The notes beneath the pieces were generated by a model. That model saw nothing but the letters and a program-made list of their open reading frames with translations, was not told the DNA's origin and searched no databases. From an uncultured virus (IMG/VR IMGVR_UViG_2690316030_000001) (taxonomy: Duplodnaviria > Heunggongvirae > Uroviricota > Caudoviricetes), in IMG/VR virus record IMGVR_UViG_2690316030_000001: 64,000 nucleotides of DNA; one strand, written 5' to 3'. Below, piece by piece: positions 22,099 through 32,209 of this stretch. The first letter of the stretch is position 1. Every line of letters begins with the position of its first letter. The position numbers and the translations under genes were made by a program.

Positions 22099-22394
22099 TG
22101 AGAAACATTCACCCCGGACCAAGAATCATAGACGGTGGCGCTGACATGTGGTCCATCAACCACGAGCCCTGGACAGAACAAGCTCTTTGCCCCGAGACGG
22201 ATCCCGAGTTGTTTTACCCCACCCCCGGTAGTCTGGGGAGGACGATGGCTAAAGCTGCGAAAGCTATTTGTGCTCAATGCCCGGTCGCTGCCGAGTGTTT
22301 GGAATACGCCTTCAGGGCTAATGAAGAGTACGGGATTTTCGGTGGGGTCACCGCCCATGAGCGGATGGAGATGAAGCGGGGGAGGGCAAGCTGA
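22098..22394 (+). CDS. whiB: WhiB-family transcription factor 1
   Basis: C-PETDPELFYP...AKAICAQCPVAAECLEYA...GIFGG. Confidence 0.92.
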   Translation: MRNIHPGPRIIDGGADMWSINHEPWTEQALCPETDPELFYPTPGSLGRTMAKAAKAICAQCPVAAECLEYAFRANEEYGIFGGVTAHERMEMKRGRAS

Positions 22395-22708
22395 TGACGC
22401 ACTCAAGCCCTACCGACTGGATAGCCGGTGGAAGTGTCGCCGCAGATATCGTTGGATGCCTCACCGGTCTTGTCGCTGACCTGTCCTGGCAGGACGAAGC
22501 GGCGTGCCGTGGACTCCCGACGGAGTGGTGGTTCCCGGACCAAGGCGGCAGCCGGGAATGTAAGCGGGCCAAGGAAATCTGCCACGGCTGCCCCGTCAAA
22601 CTCCAATGCCTCCAATTCGCGATAGAGGTACACGACCAGCACGGTATTTACGGGGAGCTGTCATTGAAGGACAGGCGTAGATGGAACCAGGAAAGGAAAG
22701 CGGGCTAG
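22394..22708 (+). CDS. whiB: WhiB-family transcription factor 2
   Basis: WQDEAACRG...FP...AKEICHGCPVKLQCLQFA...GIYGE. Confidence 0.9.
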   Translation: MTHSSPTDWIAGGSVAADIVGCLTGLVADLSWQDEAACRGLPTEWWFPDQGGSRECKRAKEICHGCPVKLQCLQFAIEVHDQHGIYGELSLKDRRRWNQERKAG

Positions 22709-22746
22709 ACACCGCGAATGTCGGTGTATCGGAGGATAATTGAGGT
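22705..22746 (+). repeat. 42 bp start-associated element, copy 2
   Basis: CTAGACACCGCGAATGTCGGTGTATCGGAGGATAATTGAGGT then ATG. Confidence 0.9.
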
Positions 22747-23817
22747 ATGCAATTCAATGGAAAGACCGTCGAAGTTATTGACGCGCCGGGGTTCTGGGAT
22801 TTCATGCAGCATCTTGCGAAAGCCGTTGCCGAACCAGACCGCATGAGCGACTACCACATGTTCACTGTCACATTCGACGCCTCCCCGGGTGGCGAGGATG
22901 TGTGGATATGGGACCTAGAACTCAAGAAGTGGGAGAAGGAGTAATGATCCAGTACTGGAAGACAACTCACGGCAAGTTTCGGGAGTCCATCGACTATTCC
23001 GATGACCAAGGACACGCAGACGAGACCTTGCATGTGCTGCGGATCTTCGGCGTCTTGATTGCGTGGTAGTGACAATGCATGGACTACATGAAGTAAAGGA
23101 CCCTGACGGGTATCCGGGTGAGACGTTCTATCAAGCCTATTGCACGAAGTGTGGAGACTCGTGCGGCTACGACTCGTTCGGGGATTTCGGAGCTGCTGTC
23201 GATGAGGCGATCAACCTTGGGTGGTTTGAAGTGCTGACGCCCATGCCTAGTGGCGGAAAAGAGATCACCGATCTACTGTGCCCCAGCTGCCAGTTCTGTG
23301 AATTATGCGGAAAGCCAGGCTCCATCGGAGAAGTTGACGACCACTTGGTATGTGATGACCACTATGACTACTTCGGATAAGCCCACCGGATACCTGGCCC
23401 GCTCCGGGTCCACCTGGTACTGGGTTGAAGACAAGCCTAAGGAGAAGTGATGAGCATTGAGACTGAGCGCCAGCTGAACCAACGAGTCATCCAGCTACGC
23501 ACTGAGATTGAGCAGTGGGGCGAGAAAGCCGAATGGGCGTTACAGCAGGACGACACCGGCTGGTGGCACGACGTACTTAAGGGACTCGCTAAGCGTGGCC
23601 AGAAGATGAAGGAGACTGGACTATGAGCGACAACCGAGGTGTGTACATCAAGTACCTGGTGGAGCGGACGGATGGCAAGCCTATGGGGCCGTGCTTCATT
23701 CTGGAATACGCGAAGGATCGGCACGCGCGAACAGCCTTGTCCGCCTATGCGGATTCTTGCGCTGAGGATAATCCCGCGCTGGCGGCCGACTTGCGGACAA
23801 TCCTGGCCCAGCTCTAG
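22747..23817 (+). CDS. Small hypothetical ORFs between element copies 2 and 3 (22747-22944, ~23075-23380 Cys-rich, 23623-23817 and others)
   Basis: First ATG abuts the element; the last ORF ends on the TAG of copy 3. Confidence 0.6.
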
Positions 23818-23855
23818 ACACCGCGACTTGTCCTGAAACGGAGGATAATTGAGGT
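23814..23855 (+). repeat. 42 bp start-associated element, copy 3
   Basis: CTAGACACCGCGACTTGTCCTGAAACGGAGGATAATTGAGGT then ATG. Confidence 0.9.
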
Positions 23856-24546
23856 ATGGGATGGATGGAATGCAACCACTGCGACGGCGCTTGGGATTTC
23901 GGCCCCGGTGGTCCGTGGGACTGCCCGTACTGCGCCGCGCGAAATCGGTTGACTGAAGCTAACTCCCGGATAAGTGCAGTGCTAGACGCAGATGTGCGCG
24001 CTGCTCTAGCCGCCATTCTCAACGTGGCTACGGGTGGCAAGTCGGCTAGCGGAGGTAGTGGGAGTTGAGTGCTGAACCGCTGCAATGGGACCACAACCCA
24101 GATATTCGCGTCCCAAAGAATGGGTGCCGCGCTGAAGTTGATGGCGGTGCTTACATCCTGTTCAAGTACGGCGCGAGTTCATGGCAGGTGCTTTTCGGTG
24201 TGGGGTATCAAACTCCTAAGGAGGTCTATCTCGGCGACGGCGAGTCTGATGCGCTAGCCGCAGCAGAGGCCCATCATCTCGCCCGTACTCGCCGTCTCGC
24301 CCGGGAACGCTATATGGCAGAGAACGATCCACCGTCGAACGGAGAATCCTTGTGAGGACGTTGCGGCGCCGGTTGTCGAGCTGGCTGCACCACATGGCCG
24401 TCAAGGTTCACGACGACTACCACCACTGGGAGTTGAAGACTGAAGACGGTGCGCGAGTCAGCTTCGGCTGCTACTGGCAGTACGCCCTCTCTTGGACAGA
24501 GGAATTCACGGAAAGCTGCTCATGCTACCGGGAGGATCTACGTTGA
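23856..24546 (+). CDS. Three small ORFs (23856-24068 Zn-ribbon, 24065-24355, 24352-24546)
   Basis: CNHC...CPYC in the first; coupled starts. Confidence 0.6.
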
Positions 24547-25205
24547 CTGCTGTACCTGTTGAGCCGGATGGTGATCTTCCGGGTGCGTTGGAGAAGTTGC
24601 GTGACGGGGTGTCCGCGTTGACTGATCCGAAGTTGCAGATAGTGGAGGGCCGCAAGGAATGGGCTGAACCGCTGTATGCGTCGTTGTGTGACGCGGTGGA
24701 GTCGGTGGAGGGGAGCGGAGTGTTCATGGGGGTGGCGAAGTCTCAGCCCCCGATCTGGACCGACGCTTTCGATCTACGCAACGAAATCGATGTGGAAGTC
24801 AAGCAGTGGCAGTCTGATCCGGGTGTGTTCGACGGCGACCTCACGCACCCGCCGACACCCGAAACGGTCAGGCGGCTCAGGATTCTCGAGTCGTTGAAAA
24901 CGTGGCGGCCCCAAGACTCGAAAACCCTGGACGGCTACAGCAACAGCCTCGAAAACTGGTGCAACAGAATAAACCACCTCCTCAACCCTGAACCCGTCAA
25001 AACCGTTTCCGCGCCCTGCCCCGCCTGCCAAAAACGTTGGGTGTACCGCCGCGACTCAGCCGGCGAGAACGTCCGCCAACCCGCCCTGCAACTCACCGCA
25101 CAAGGCTGTAGCTGCCAGGCCTGCCACTACACGTGGGGGCCGCAGTACTTCATGCACCTCGCTGCGGTACTGGAATGTCCTTTGCCTGAAGGTGTGCTCG
25201 AGTAG
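24543..25205 (+). CDS. Zn-ribbon protein, possible late-gene regulator
   Basis: C-terminal CPAC...CQAC; last large gene of the early operon; function inferred from position. Confidence 0.5.
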   Translation: MTAVPVEPDGDLPGALEKLRDGVSALTDPKLQIVEGRKEWAEPLYASLCDAVESVEGSGVFMGVAKSQPPIWTDAFDLRNEIDVEVKQWQSDPGVFDGDLTHPPTPETVRRLRILESLKTWRPQDSKTLDGYSNSLENWCNRINHLLNPEPVKTVSAPCPACQKRWVYRRDSAGENVRQPALQLTAQGCSCQACHYTWGPQYFMHLAAVLECPLPEGVLE

Positions 25206-25467
25206 GACCATCTGATCCGTGGAACCTGACATGAATATGCCGAAGCAGGTACGTAAGGCGGCGACCGACGTGCAGGCGGCGCTGGATGCGGGTGATACGG
25301 ACCGTGCCCGGTACATGTTGGGGTTGTTGGTGGAGATGGTGTCCGAGCCACAGGCTCGGTGGCAGCCGTGGTCGTATTACGTGCCTCGGGTGGCTGAGGA
25401 GTTTGGTGATGGCGAGCGAGATGCCGTCTAGCTGCCATTTTGTTGGCTAACCGGGCACCCCAAACCC

Positions 25468-25502
25468 TTGCGTGTGTAGTACATATGTAATACACTATTG
25501 GC
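25468..25502 (+). promoter_or_regulatory. SigA-type promoter with palindromic operator for the TA pair
   Basis: TTGCGT-N17-TACACT-N6-ATG (leaderless); near-perfect palindrome GTGTAGTACAT-ATGTAATACAC. Confidence 0.75.
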
Positions 25503-25781
25503 ATGGGAGCGGACTGGACCTACCGGGGCGACTACATCGGCAAGCGGGCAATGACGCCCGCCATGGCCGACGAAGCACTCACCGACCCGGAGCGTGTAAC
25601 GCTGGTCCCAGACCCCACATCTAAGAGCGGCAAAGGTGTTCGGACCATCGGATACTCCACCACCGCACAACAGGTACTCACCGTCATCACGCTCGTAAAA
25701 GACGGCATCGAGTACGGCGTCAACTGCTGGCCCGCCAACGACCGCGACAAGCGCATCTACCGAGAAGGAGGCACATCATGA
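25503..25781 (+). CDS. BrnT/RelE-like toxin
   Basis: 92 aa; ADEALTDP...RTIGYS...VLTVI...NCWPANDRDKRIY. Confidence 0.7.
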   Translation: MGADWTYRGDYIGKRAMTPAMADEALTDPERVTLVPDPTSKSGKGVRTIGYSTTAQQVLTVITLVKDGIEYGVNCWPANDRDKRIYREGGTS

Positions 25782-26230
25782 CCGAAAAAGATCTGGCCGC
25801 CCTCATCGAAGCTGAGGGAGAGGCCATCGAAGCCAACCCGGACGCCCCAATCACCGACGAAACCAAAGTCACCCGCGGACATCCGAAAACCCGCACACTC
25901 CAAGTCCGGCTATCCCCAGAGGAATACGAGGGACTGGAGAAGATCGCCGACGAACGCGGCCTACCCGTCTCGACCGTGGCACGCGAGCAACTGCAACACC
26001 TATTGCGCGCCTCGCAGCGTTCAGAATCGGCTTCCCGGGTGGTGTCGGCGTTCGAAGATTTCATGTCAGACATCGAATTCCGCGTGCGTAGGGCTCCCGC
26101 TGGAATCACTGAAGTAACGAACGCCCTGCGGGAGCAGGGAATCACGATTGCGCCAGCGCCATTCGCGAATATGGCGCACGTGCCGTCGTCGTATGAGGTA
26201 GTTCGTGAGGGACCTACCGAGATGAAATGA
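25778..26230 (+). CDS. Ribbon-helix-helix (CopG/BrnA-like) antitoxin
   Basis: TRTLQVRLSPEEYEGLEKIADERGLPVSTVARE; ATGA-coupled to the toxin. Confidence 0.75.
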   Translation: MTEKDLAALIEAEGEAIEANPDAPITDETKVTRGHPKTRTLQVRLSPEEYEGLEKIADERGLPVSTVAREQLQHLLRASQRSESASRVVSAFEDFMSDIEFRVRRAPAGITEVTNALREQGITIAPAPFANMAHVPSSYEVVREGPTEMK

Positions 26231-26316
26231 CAGGCTTGTAATTCGATCGGGAATGAGTGAGAATGAAGGGGTGCTACACGTGTCTCTAAAGCACGGCTAG
26301 CTGCATCTACTTCTTC

Positions 26317-26348
26317 AACCCCGTCTACGCAGGTAGGCGGGGTTTTCT
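26317..26348 (+). terminator. Intrinsic terminator
   Basis: AACCCCGTCTAC-GCAG-GTAGGCGGGGTT followed by TTCT. Confidence 0.75.
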
Positions 26349-26517
26349 CATGCCCGGAGGTGTTCATGCCTCTGTCTCGTGTCCGCTGCTGCATCCCCTG
26401 TGGCCGTATCCGCTACGCCCCCTGCTCTACAGGGTGTCGAGTAGATCCCGAGAACGACCCAACAAGCTGGACAGAACAGGTGATTGTGAGCGCGCCGCAA
26501 GATTCGGGAGTATCCGA

Positions 26518-27354
26518 GTGAACACATTCTTTGCAGCGGCGATAGCGGTGACACTGGTGCTGATGCTGATCATCTGGTTAGGCCCACGAGTTCTGCTGTG
26601 GCTGCTGAACCGGTTCATCGACCGCTACAACAAGGTGGTCAACGAGTACAACGAGCGCCAGGAAGCCCGCCACGCGGAAATCCGCACTGCGCTAGACCAA
26701 CTGCAACAGGCTGCCCAAGCGAGGCGAGATGCTTGATCGATTCTTCGCAGCACTAGCCGGCGCCATGGCCCCTCTACTCGTGGCCATGTGTGAGCGCATC
26801 GCGAACAGGAAGATCCCTGACGACACCGTGCCGAAGTTCATGGACGGCCTACTGGACATCGCCCGCGACGGCGTTGACCGCGCAGTCGGTGTGGTGCAGA
26901 CGTCCGCTGACGGTATCGCCGGTAGCGCGGAAGCTGAACTAGGCCAGCTCGGCACGGAGATCAGGGGAGTGGTCAAAGCGGCCAATCCCATCGACATTCT
27001 CGGCAGCCTGTTCGGGCGGCGAGGATGAGCATCCCGGAAGGCTTTTGGCTCGGCCTCGTCGCCGTTCCGGCCGTTGTCGCATTTGTGTCGGTGGCCGTCG
27101 GATTGGCCGCTGTCGCGATGAGCCTGCATTCCAAGTATGCAGGTAGCGCCTACAAGCTGGTACCCCGCAAGTTCGATAGCCATGCGGGCATGGCGGGAAT
27201 TGTGGCCTGCGCTAAGTGGGTCCGCTACATGTGGATTCCCGGATTCCATGTCGTCATATGCCGCACGTCAATCGCGGGGCGAGAGCCCGGTCGGTCGGTC
27301 CACGCCCGCGTGAAGTACGCCATCGTCGATGCGCTTGAGCGCGACGACAGCTGA
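26518..27354 (+). CDS. Three small membrane-associated ORFs (26518-26736, 26729-27028, 27025-27354)
   Basis: N-terminal hydrophobic helices; overlapping starts and stops. Confidence 0.6.
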
Positions 27355-27355
27355 C

Positions 27356-27399
27356 TTGCTCTAGAGGTCTCCCCGTTCTACTATCGAACAGATGTTCGA
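27356..27399 (+). promoter_or_regulatory. SigA promoter with perfect LexA (SOS) box
   Basis: TTGCTC-N17-TACTAT; TCGAAC-AGAT-GTTCGA at 27384-27399 matches the mycobacterial SOS consensus. Confidence 0.85.
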
Positions 27400-27736
27400 G
27401 CGATGGTCTAGCAACCCTCGCTTTCCCACGCTCAAAAAGCTGTACCGAACCGTCTACGTCGACATGCACCAAGCCCTACCCGGCAGCGTCGGCGGCTTCG
27501 TGCGCAACCGCAACCTGTCCGTCAGGGCGGAGGGTTTGCGCCTAGAGGCGTGGATGCGGGGCCACCAGATCGCCTGGATACGCACCCACGATCTGCACTG
27601 GATAGCAGTAGTGCAGGTTGAAGCCTCCTCGGAGAACGAAATGTCGTCGGTGACGATGACGTTGTGGCTGTCGCCGAAAATGTTCCAGTTGGACAAGCCC
27701 GAGGGTTTCTACGAGCCGTACCGGAGACGGTTGTAG
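27392..27736 (+). CDS. Hypothetical protein, predicted DNA-damage inducible
   Basis: ATG lies within the SOS box, 7 nt after the -10. Confidence 0.7.
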   Translation: MFERWSSNPRFPTLKKLYRTVYVDMHQALPGSVGGFVRNRNLSVRAEGLRLEAWMRGHQIAWIRTHDLHWIAVVQVEASSENEMSSVTMTLWLSPKMFQLDKPEGFYEPYRRRL

Positions 27737-27774
27737 ACACCGCGACTTACGCTGTAGCTCGGTAAAATTGAGGC
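27733..27774 (+). repeat. 42 bp start-associated element, copy 4
   Basis: GTAGACACCGCGACTTACGCTGTAGCTCGGTAAAATTGAGGC then ATG. Confidence 0.88.
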
Positions 27775-28083
27775 ATGAACGTCGGTGAGCTGATGACGGC
27801 CCTATCCGAGCTCGATCCCACATTGCCTGTCGTCATGGAGATGACAGACGAGCCACCCGGCGACTATGAAGCATCCGAAGTGCGCATCGAGTCATACTGC
27901 CGGGAGCGTGACTCGTCACCGTCCAGTCCATATATTTGGCCGACCACCTGGCATGAGCCCGAATATGCATTCAACCGCTGCGGACCCGCCCAGCCTGTCG
28001 CGTACCTGTCGTTCAATCCGCCATGGAAGCCGACCATCGACGCCGAGGTTGACCAGACCGCGATTGAGGCCAGCCATGACTGA
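27775..28083 (+). CDS. Hypothetical protein, paralog of 63288-63614
   Basis: Shared N-terminal VxxLxxALxxL and C-terminal IDxxVxQTAIE. Confidence 0.7.
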   Translation: MNVGELMTALSELDPTLPVVMEMTDEPPGDYEASEVRIESYCRERDSSPSSPYIWPTTWHEPEYAFNRCGPAQPVAYLSFNPPWKPTIDAEVDQTAIEASHD

Positions 28084-28351
28084 ACCATCCCAAGCCCATA
28101 TAGACCGTGCCCGTGAACTCGGTCTCTCTTTCGATCCTGCTACGACATCGGATGAAGAGTTAAGTCGTGCTATCGCAACGTATGAACGGGTTTACATCGA
28201 GGCGATGACCGAGAATGCCGGTAGGGACACTGATACTCCTACTGAGCGCCGCAAGATGCTGGGCGTCTGGACTCAGCGCGATGAAGACGAGGCCAAGGAA
28301 GCGGCTGAACGGCGGCGAATGTTCGGCTCCCGACGAATCCCACCCGCCTAG
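28076..28351 (+). CDS. Hypothetical protein (duplicated at 29406-29681)
   Basis: 91 aa ORF ending on the TAG of element copy 5. Confidence 0.6.
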   Translation: MTEPSQAHIDRARELGLSFDPATTSDEELSRAIATYERVYIEAMTENAGRDTDTPTERRKMLGVWTQRDEDEAKEAAERRRMFGSRRIPPA

Positions 28352-28390
28352 ACACCGCTGATCCCGTTGAAACGCGGGATAATTGAAGGT
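28348..28390 (+). repeat. 43 bp start-associated element, copy 5 (artefactual duplicate at 29678-29720)
   Basis: CTAGACACCGCTGATCCCGTTGAAACGCGGGATAATTGAAGGT then ATG at 28391. Confidence 0.88.
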
Positions 28391-28968
28391 ATGCGCCGAA
28401 TATCCAGCAAGGGTGCTGAAGAAATCAAGGCCCTGGCTGCGTCGGTGCGCCTCTATAACTCGCTACAGGCAGACGAGTATCTGAAGTGCGTTTGTATTGC
28501 CAAGTGTCATAGGAATTGGGAAACGGGTCAGCCTCGGGACTGCAAGCACCCTCGGGCACAGGAGGAGCGGTCATGACCAACATGGGCGGCCTGGCCGATG
28601 CCGTTAAGCGTTGTGGACGCCTCGTCTACCACGGCACGGACGGCAAGGCTTGGATTCTCACTTACGGCGGGGAATGCCAACTCGGACTTACTCAAACCGG
28701 TTTTTATCATGCTTGATGGTCAACCGTTGGGCGAGTACCCGGAGCTGAGTCCGCTGCAGTGGCCGCATGGCGCTGTGGGGATATGGCGCGAGAATCGGAG
28801 CGAGCTTTTTAGCGTCCTTGGCCCGTACTTCTATGGCGAGCGGTTCTACGACTGTGGCCCTTACCGCTAACCAGCTCCGCATTCTGGAAGCGTTACAGCG
28901 GTTACGTATAGCCCGTACTGAGGGTGATTGGCATGAAGAGTTGGTTTGTACTCGCCGCATGGATTACC

Positions 28969-29400
28969 GGCTCTTCATGATTGAGGGTGTAGAACGGTCA
29001 GCTGCTGTCGGCCTGTGATTGGGGTGTCTGGTTGGCTGGGTGTGTGCCGGAGGAGAAGCGGAAGAGTAAGAGGAAGAGCGCGGTGTCCGGGGGTGGTGTG
29101 GACCTGTCGATGCTGCAACAGCTGATGGCCGATGCTGGCCGGGATTTGTTCGCGGGAGTGTTCGATGAACCGACACCCGAGGTGGGAGCTGTGCCGGAGC
29201 GTGTGCGGGGTTTCCGGGTGCGGGTCGACCTGATGTACGCCAAGCCGCCGATCTGGCGTCGTCTGGTCCTGCCGGGTGACCTCGTGCTCGATGAGCTGCA
29301 TGACGTGCTGCAGGTTGCGATGGGCTGGCAGGACGGTCATCTGCATAAGTTCGGTGTCGGGGCGGACCGGCGTACCCGTGCCTACTTCGTCACCAGATTT
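28969..29400 (+). mobile_element. Second partial copy of the IS1096-like element
   Basis: Matches 4436 onward; interrupts a 45 aa ORF (intact at 30184-30321); ends at N. Confidence 0.8.
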
Positions 29401-29401
29401 N

Positions 29402-30298
29402 AGCCATGACTGAACCATCCCAAGCCCATATAGACCGTGCCCGTGAACTCGGTCTCTCTTTCGATCCTGCTACGACATCGGATGAAGAGTTAAGTCGTGC
29501 TATCGCAACGTATGAACGGGTTTACATCGAGGCGATGACCGAGAATGCCGGTAGGGACACTGATACTCCTACTGAGCGCCGCAAGATGCTGGGCGTCTGG
29601 ACTCAGCGCGATGAAGACGAGGCCAAGGAAGCGGCTGAACGGCGGCGAATGTTCGGCTCCCGACGAATCCCACCCGCCTAGACACCGCTGATCCCGTTGA
29701 AACGCGGGATAATTGAAGGTATGCGCCGAATATCCAGCAAGGGTGCTGAAGAAATCAAGGCCCTGGCTGCGTCGGTGCGCCTCTATAACTCGCTACAGGC
29801 AGACGAGTATCTGAAGTGCGTTTGTATTGCCAAGTGTCATAGGAATTGGGAAACGGGTCAGCCTCGGGACTGCAAGCACCCTCGGGCACAGGAGGAGCGG
29901 TCATGACCAACATGGGCGGCCTGGCCGATGCCGTTAAGCGTTGTGGACGCCTCGTCTACCACGGCACGGACGGCAAGGCTTGGATTCTCACTTACGGCGG
30001 GGAATGCCAACTCGGACTTACTCAAACCGGTTTTTATCATGCTTGATGGTCAACCGTTGGGCGAGTACCCGGAGCTGAGTCCGCTGCAGTGGCCGCATGG
30101 CGCTGTGGGGATATGGCGCGAGAATCGGAGCGAGCTTTTTAGCGTCCTTGGCCCGTACTTCTATGGCGAGCGGTTCTACGACTGTGGCCCTTACCGCTAA
30201 CCAGCTCCGCATTCTGGAAGCGTTACAGCGGTTACGTATAGCCCGTACTGAGGGTGATTGGCATGAAGAGTTGGTTTGTACTCGCCGCATGGATTACC
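29402..30298. repeat. Duplicate of 28072-28968 (probable scaffolding artefact / empty-site allele)
   Basis: Apparently identical 897 bp after a single N. Confidence 0.85.
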
Positions 30299-30337
30299 TG
30301 CTAGACCTTGAGCCCAAGTAGAGAAGGCCCACAGCCC

Positions 30338-31465
30338 ATGAAACAGAGCATTGCCCGCGTCTTGCGCCGTCTGGCCGACCGATTCGATCCGCCCGCGCGG
30401 TGCGTCATCAATATCGAGAACATCAATGACAAGCCGGTCACTGATGCAATGCGCCGTGCAGTGGAGGCGCAGTACGCCGCAGCGGGTAAGGCTGGCGGCG
30501 AGAAGTTCTCACGCCGAATGATGTGATCCCCAGTGCCTAATCAGCTCCTCATTGATCTTCTGGTGCGCCAGTTCTCCCGTGGTGTGCTACCGCATCCCGG
30601 CGACGAGAACACCCCTTCGCATCTAATCCCCCTTCCTGGATTTCGGGGTGCGGGTATGTCTGATGAGCAGGCGCAGGAGATGATCGGCTCCGCCGCTAAG
30701 GAGTGGGCCGAGGCTATCGAGTCCATTATCAGCGGCGAGTTCGATTGCTTGACGAAAGCTGATGCAGCCCAACTCAGGCAGGACGCTGCTGACGCACCTG
30801 ACGGTACCCGCATCATCACCGTCTACCGCCAGTCCGATCACCAACGTCAGTCACCTTTCTGGCAGTTCACGTTGGGTAAGACCAATGACGTGACTATCCC
30901 TGACCGTCAGCTAGGAAAGCTCACAGCCCATGAGTGAAGAACAGTCCAGTGCGCCACAGCATCATCTTCAGATCATTAAGGATGGTCAGCCGCTTTTCGA
31001 TGCCGTGGTCACGGAGTTTCACATGACCAAGACCGCACCGCCGAATATGGCTCACCCAATCACCGTCGAACTCACAGCCACGACTGCACGCAGCTGGCTC
31101 AAGTTCCTGGGGTACGACCACGACGACCACGGCGCGGTTACTGCCGTTCACTGGTCCGATCAAGACGGTCGCCATCAAGTGGTGCAATGCGCGGCACCCA
31201 GCGTCAAGAGATCCTCATGGCCCACATAACCATCACTGTCGACGGCGACACCCTCATGGATGCTGATCCCGGCTCCTGGCGCTCAACCCCACCAGACATC
31301 GAGAGCCTGAAACTCAAGACCGGTGGTAAGCCTTGGGGTATCGCGTTGATGGGTGCTGTGGCCGAGGCTGCCACCCTTTCGATGGCCAACCTTCCCGCTA
31401 CTGACACCACGATCGTGGTCACTACCCGTGACAACGGCTGGGCCATGGACGTACAGCGCGGCTGA
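30338..31465 (+). CDS. Four hypothetical ORFs ahead of the packaging genes (30338-30526, 30533-30937, 30930-31229, 31217-31465)
   Basis: Tightly packed co-directional ORFs. Confidence 0.6.
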
Positions 31466-31740
31466 TGCCATCCAAGGGCACAACCAACGCCCGCGGCTAC
31501 GGATACCACCACAAGAAGACCCGTAAGCACTGGGAACCGATAGTCCAAGCAGGACGCGCAACCTGCTGGCGCTGCGGCGAGCCCATAGCCCCCAATAGCC
31601 CATGGGACCTCGGACACGACGACAACGACCGAACCCGATACCGCGGACCAGAACACAGAGGCCGAGAGTGCCCAGCCGGCGGCAACAGGGCCACCGCGAA
31701 CCGACAAACACCAACCACCGACACCTCAAGACCCTGGTAA
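31465..31740 (+). CDS. Packaging-associated HNH-like endonuclease
   Basis: ARGYGYHH, CWRCGEPI, WDLGHDD, GPEH...N; upstream of terminase. Confidence 0.75.
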   Translation: MPSKGTTNARGYGYHHKKTRKHWEPIVQAGRATCWRCGEPIAPNSPWDLGHDDNDRTRYRGPEHRGRECPAGGNRATANRQTPTTDTSRPW

Positions 31741-31852
31741 CACCCGGGGGGTGGGTAGGCGTCGAACACCACCGCACCGATGGTGACCCCGCCCCAGTCG
31801 CGAATCTCTCTCTTACGTTTTCCACACCACCACCCACATGATCGGAGGGCGC

Positions 31853-32209
31853 ATGGCCAACAAGCCTGGCCTTCGGGCCGTGGGGAGTGATGAGCTGGCG
31901 CCGCAGAAGCCGTCGAAGTCTGTTGTTCAGGCCGCGAAGTCAGGTACACCTCGTGAGCTGCTGGTGGCGATGCGGGATCGGATCGCCGAGACGGTGACGG
32001 CGAACTGTGCGGCGCGTGATCTTGCGGCGTTGACCAAGCGGTTGCAGGACATCTCTCATGACATTGACGCGATTGATGCCCGCGACGACGCGGATTTGGC
32101 CGGCCGAGTGCGTGAACTCGAGTCCGCGCTGAGGGCGTTGGCCCCAGACCATCCGCTGCTGGTCGGCAGTGAACCCGATGACGAAAAGTTCGACGCCTCA
32201 GAAATCTAA
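31853..32209 (+). CDS. Terminase small subunit
   Basis: Position; ARDLAALTKRL motif; RBS GGAGG. Confidence 0.7.
   Translation: MANKPGLRAVGSDELAPQKPSKSVVQAAKSGTPRELLVAMRDRIAETVTANCAARDLAALTKRLQDISHDIDAIDARDDADLAGRVRELESALRALAPDHPLLVGSEPDDEKFDASEI

Noticed and set aside
29402..30298. Apparent tandem gene duplication and ninth element copy at 29678
   Set aside because: Identical sequence beside an N; treated as an assembly duplicate and not counted
30301..30340. CTAGACC followed by an ATG
   Set aside because: Lacks CCGCG, hairpin and AATTG, has the wrong length and lies inside an ORF
31741..31852. Probable cos/packaging site between HNH and terminase small subunit
   Set aside because: Position fits but the cut site cannot be identified from sequence alone
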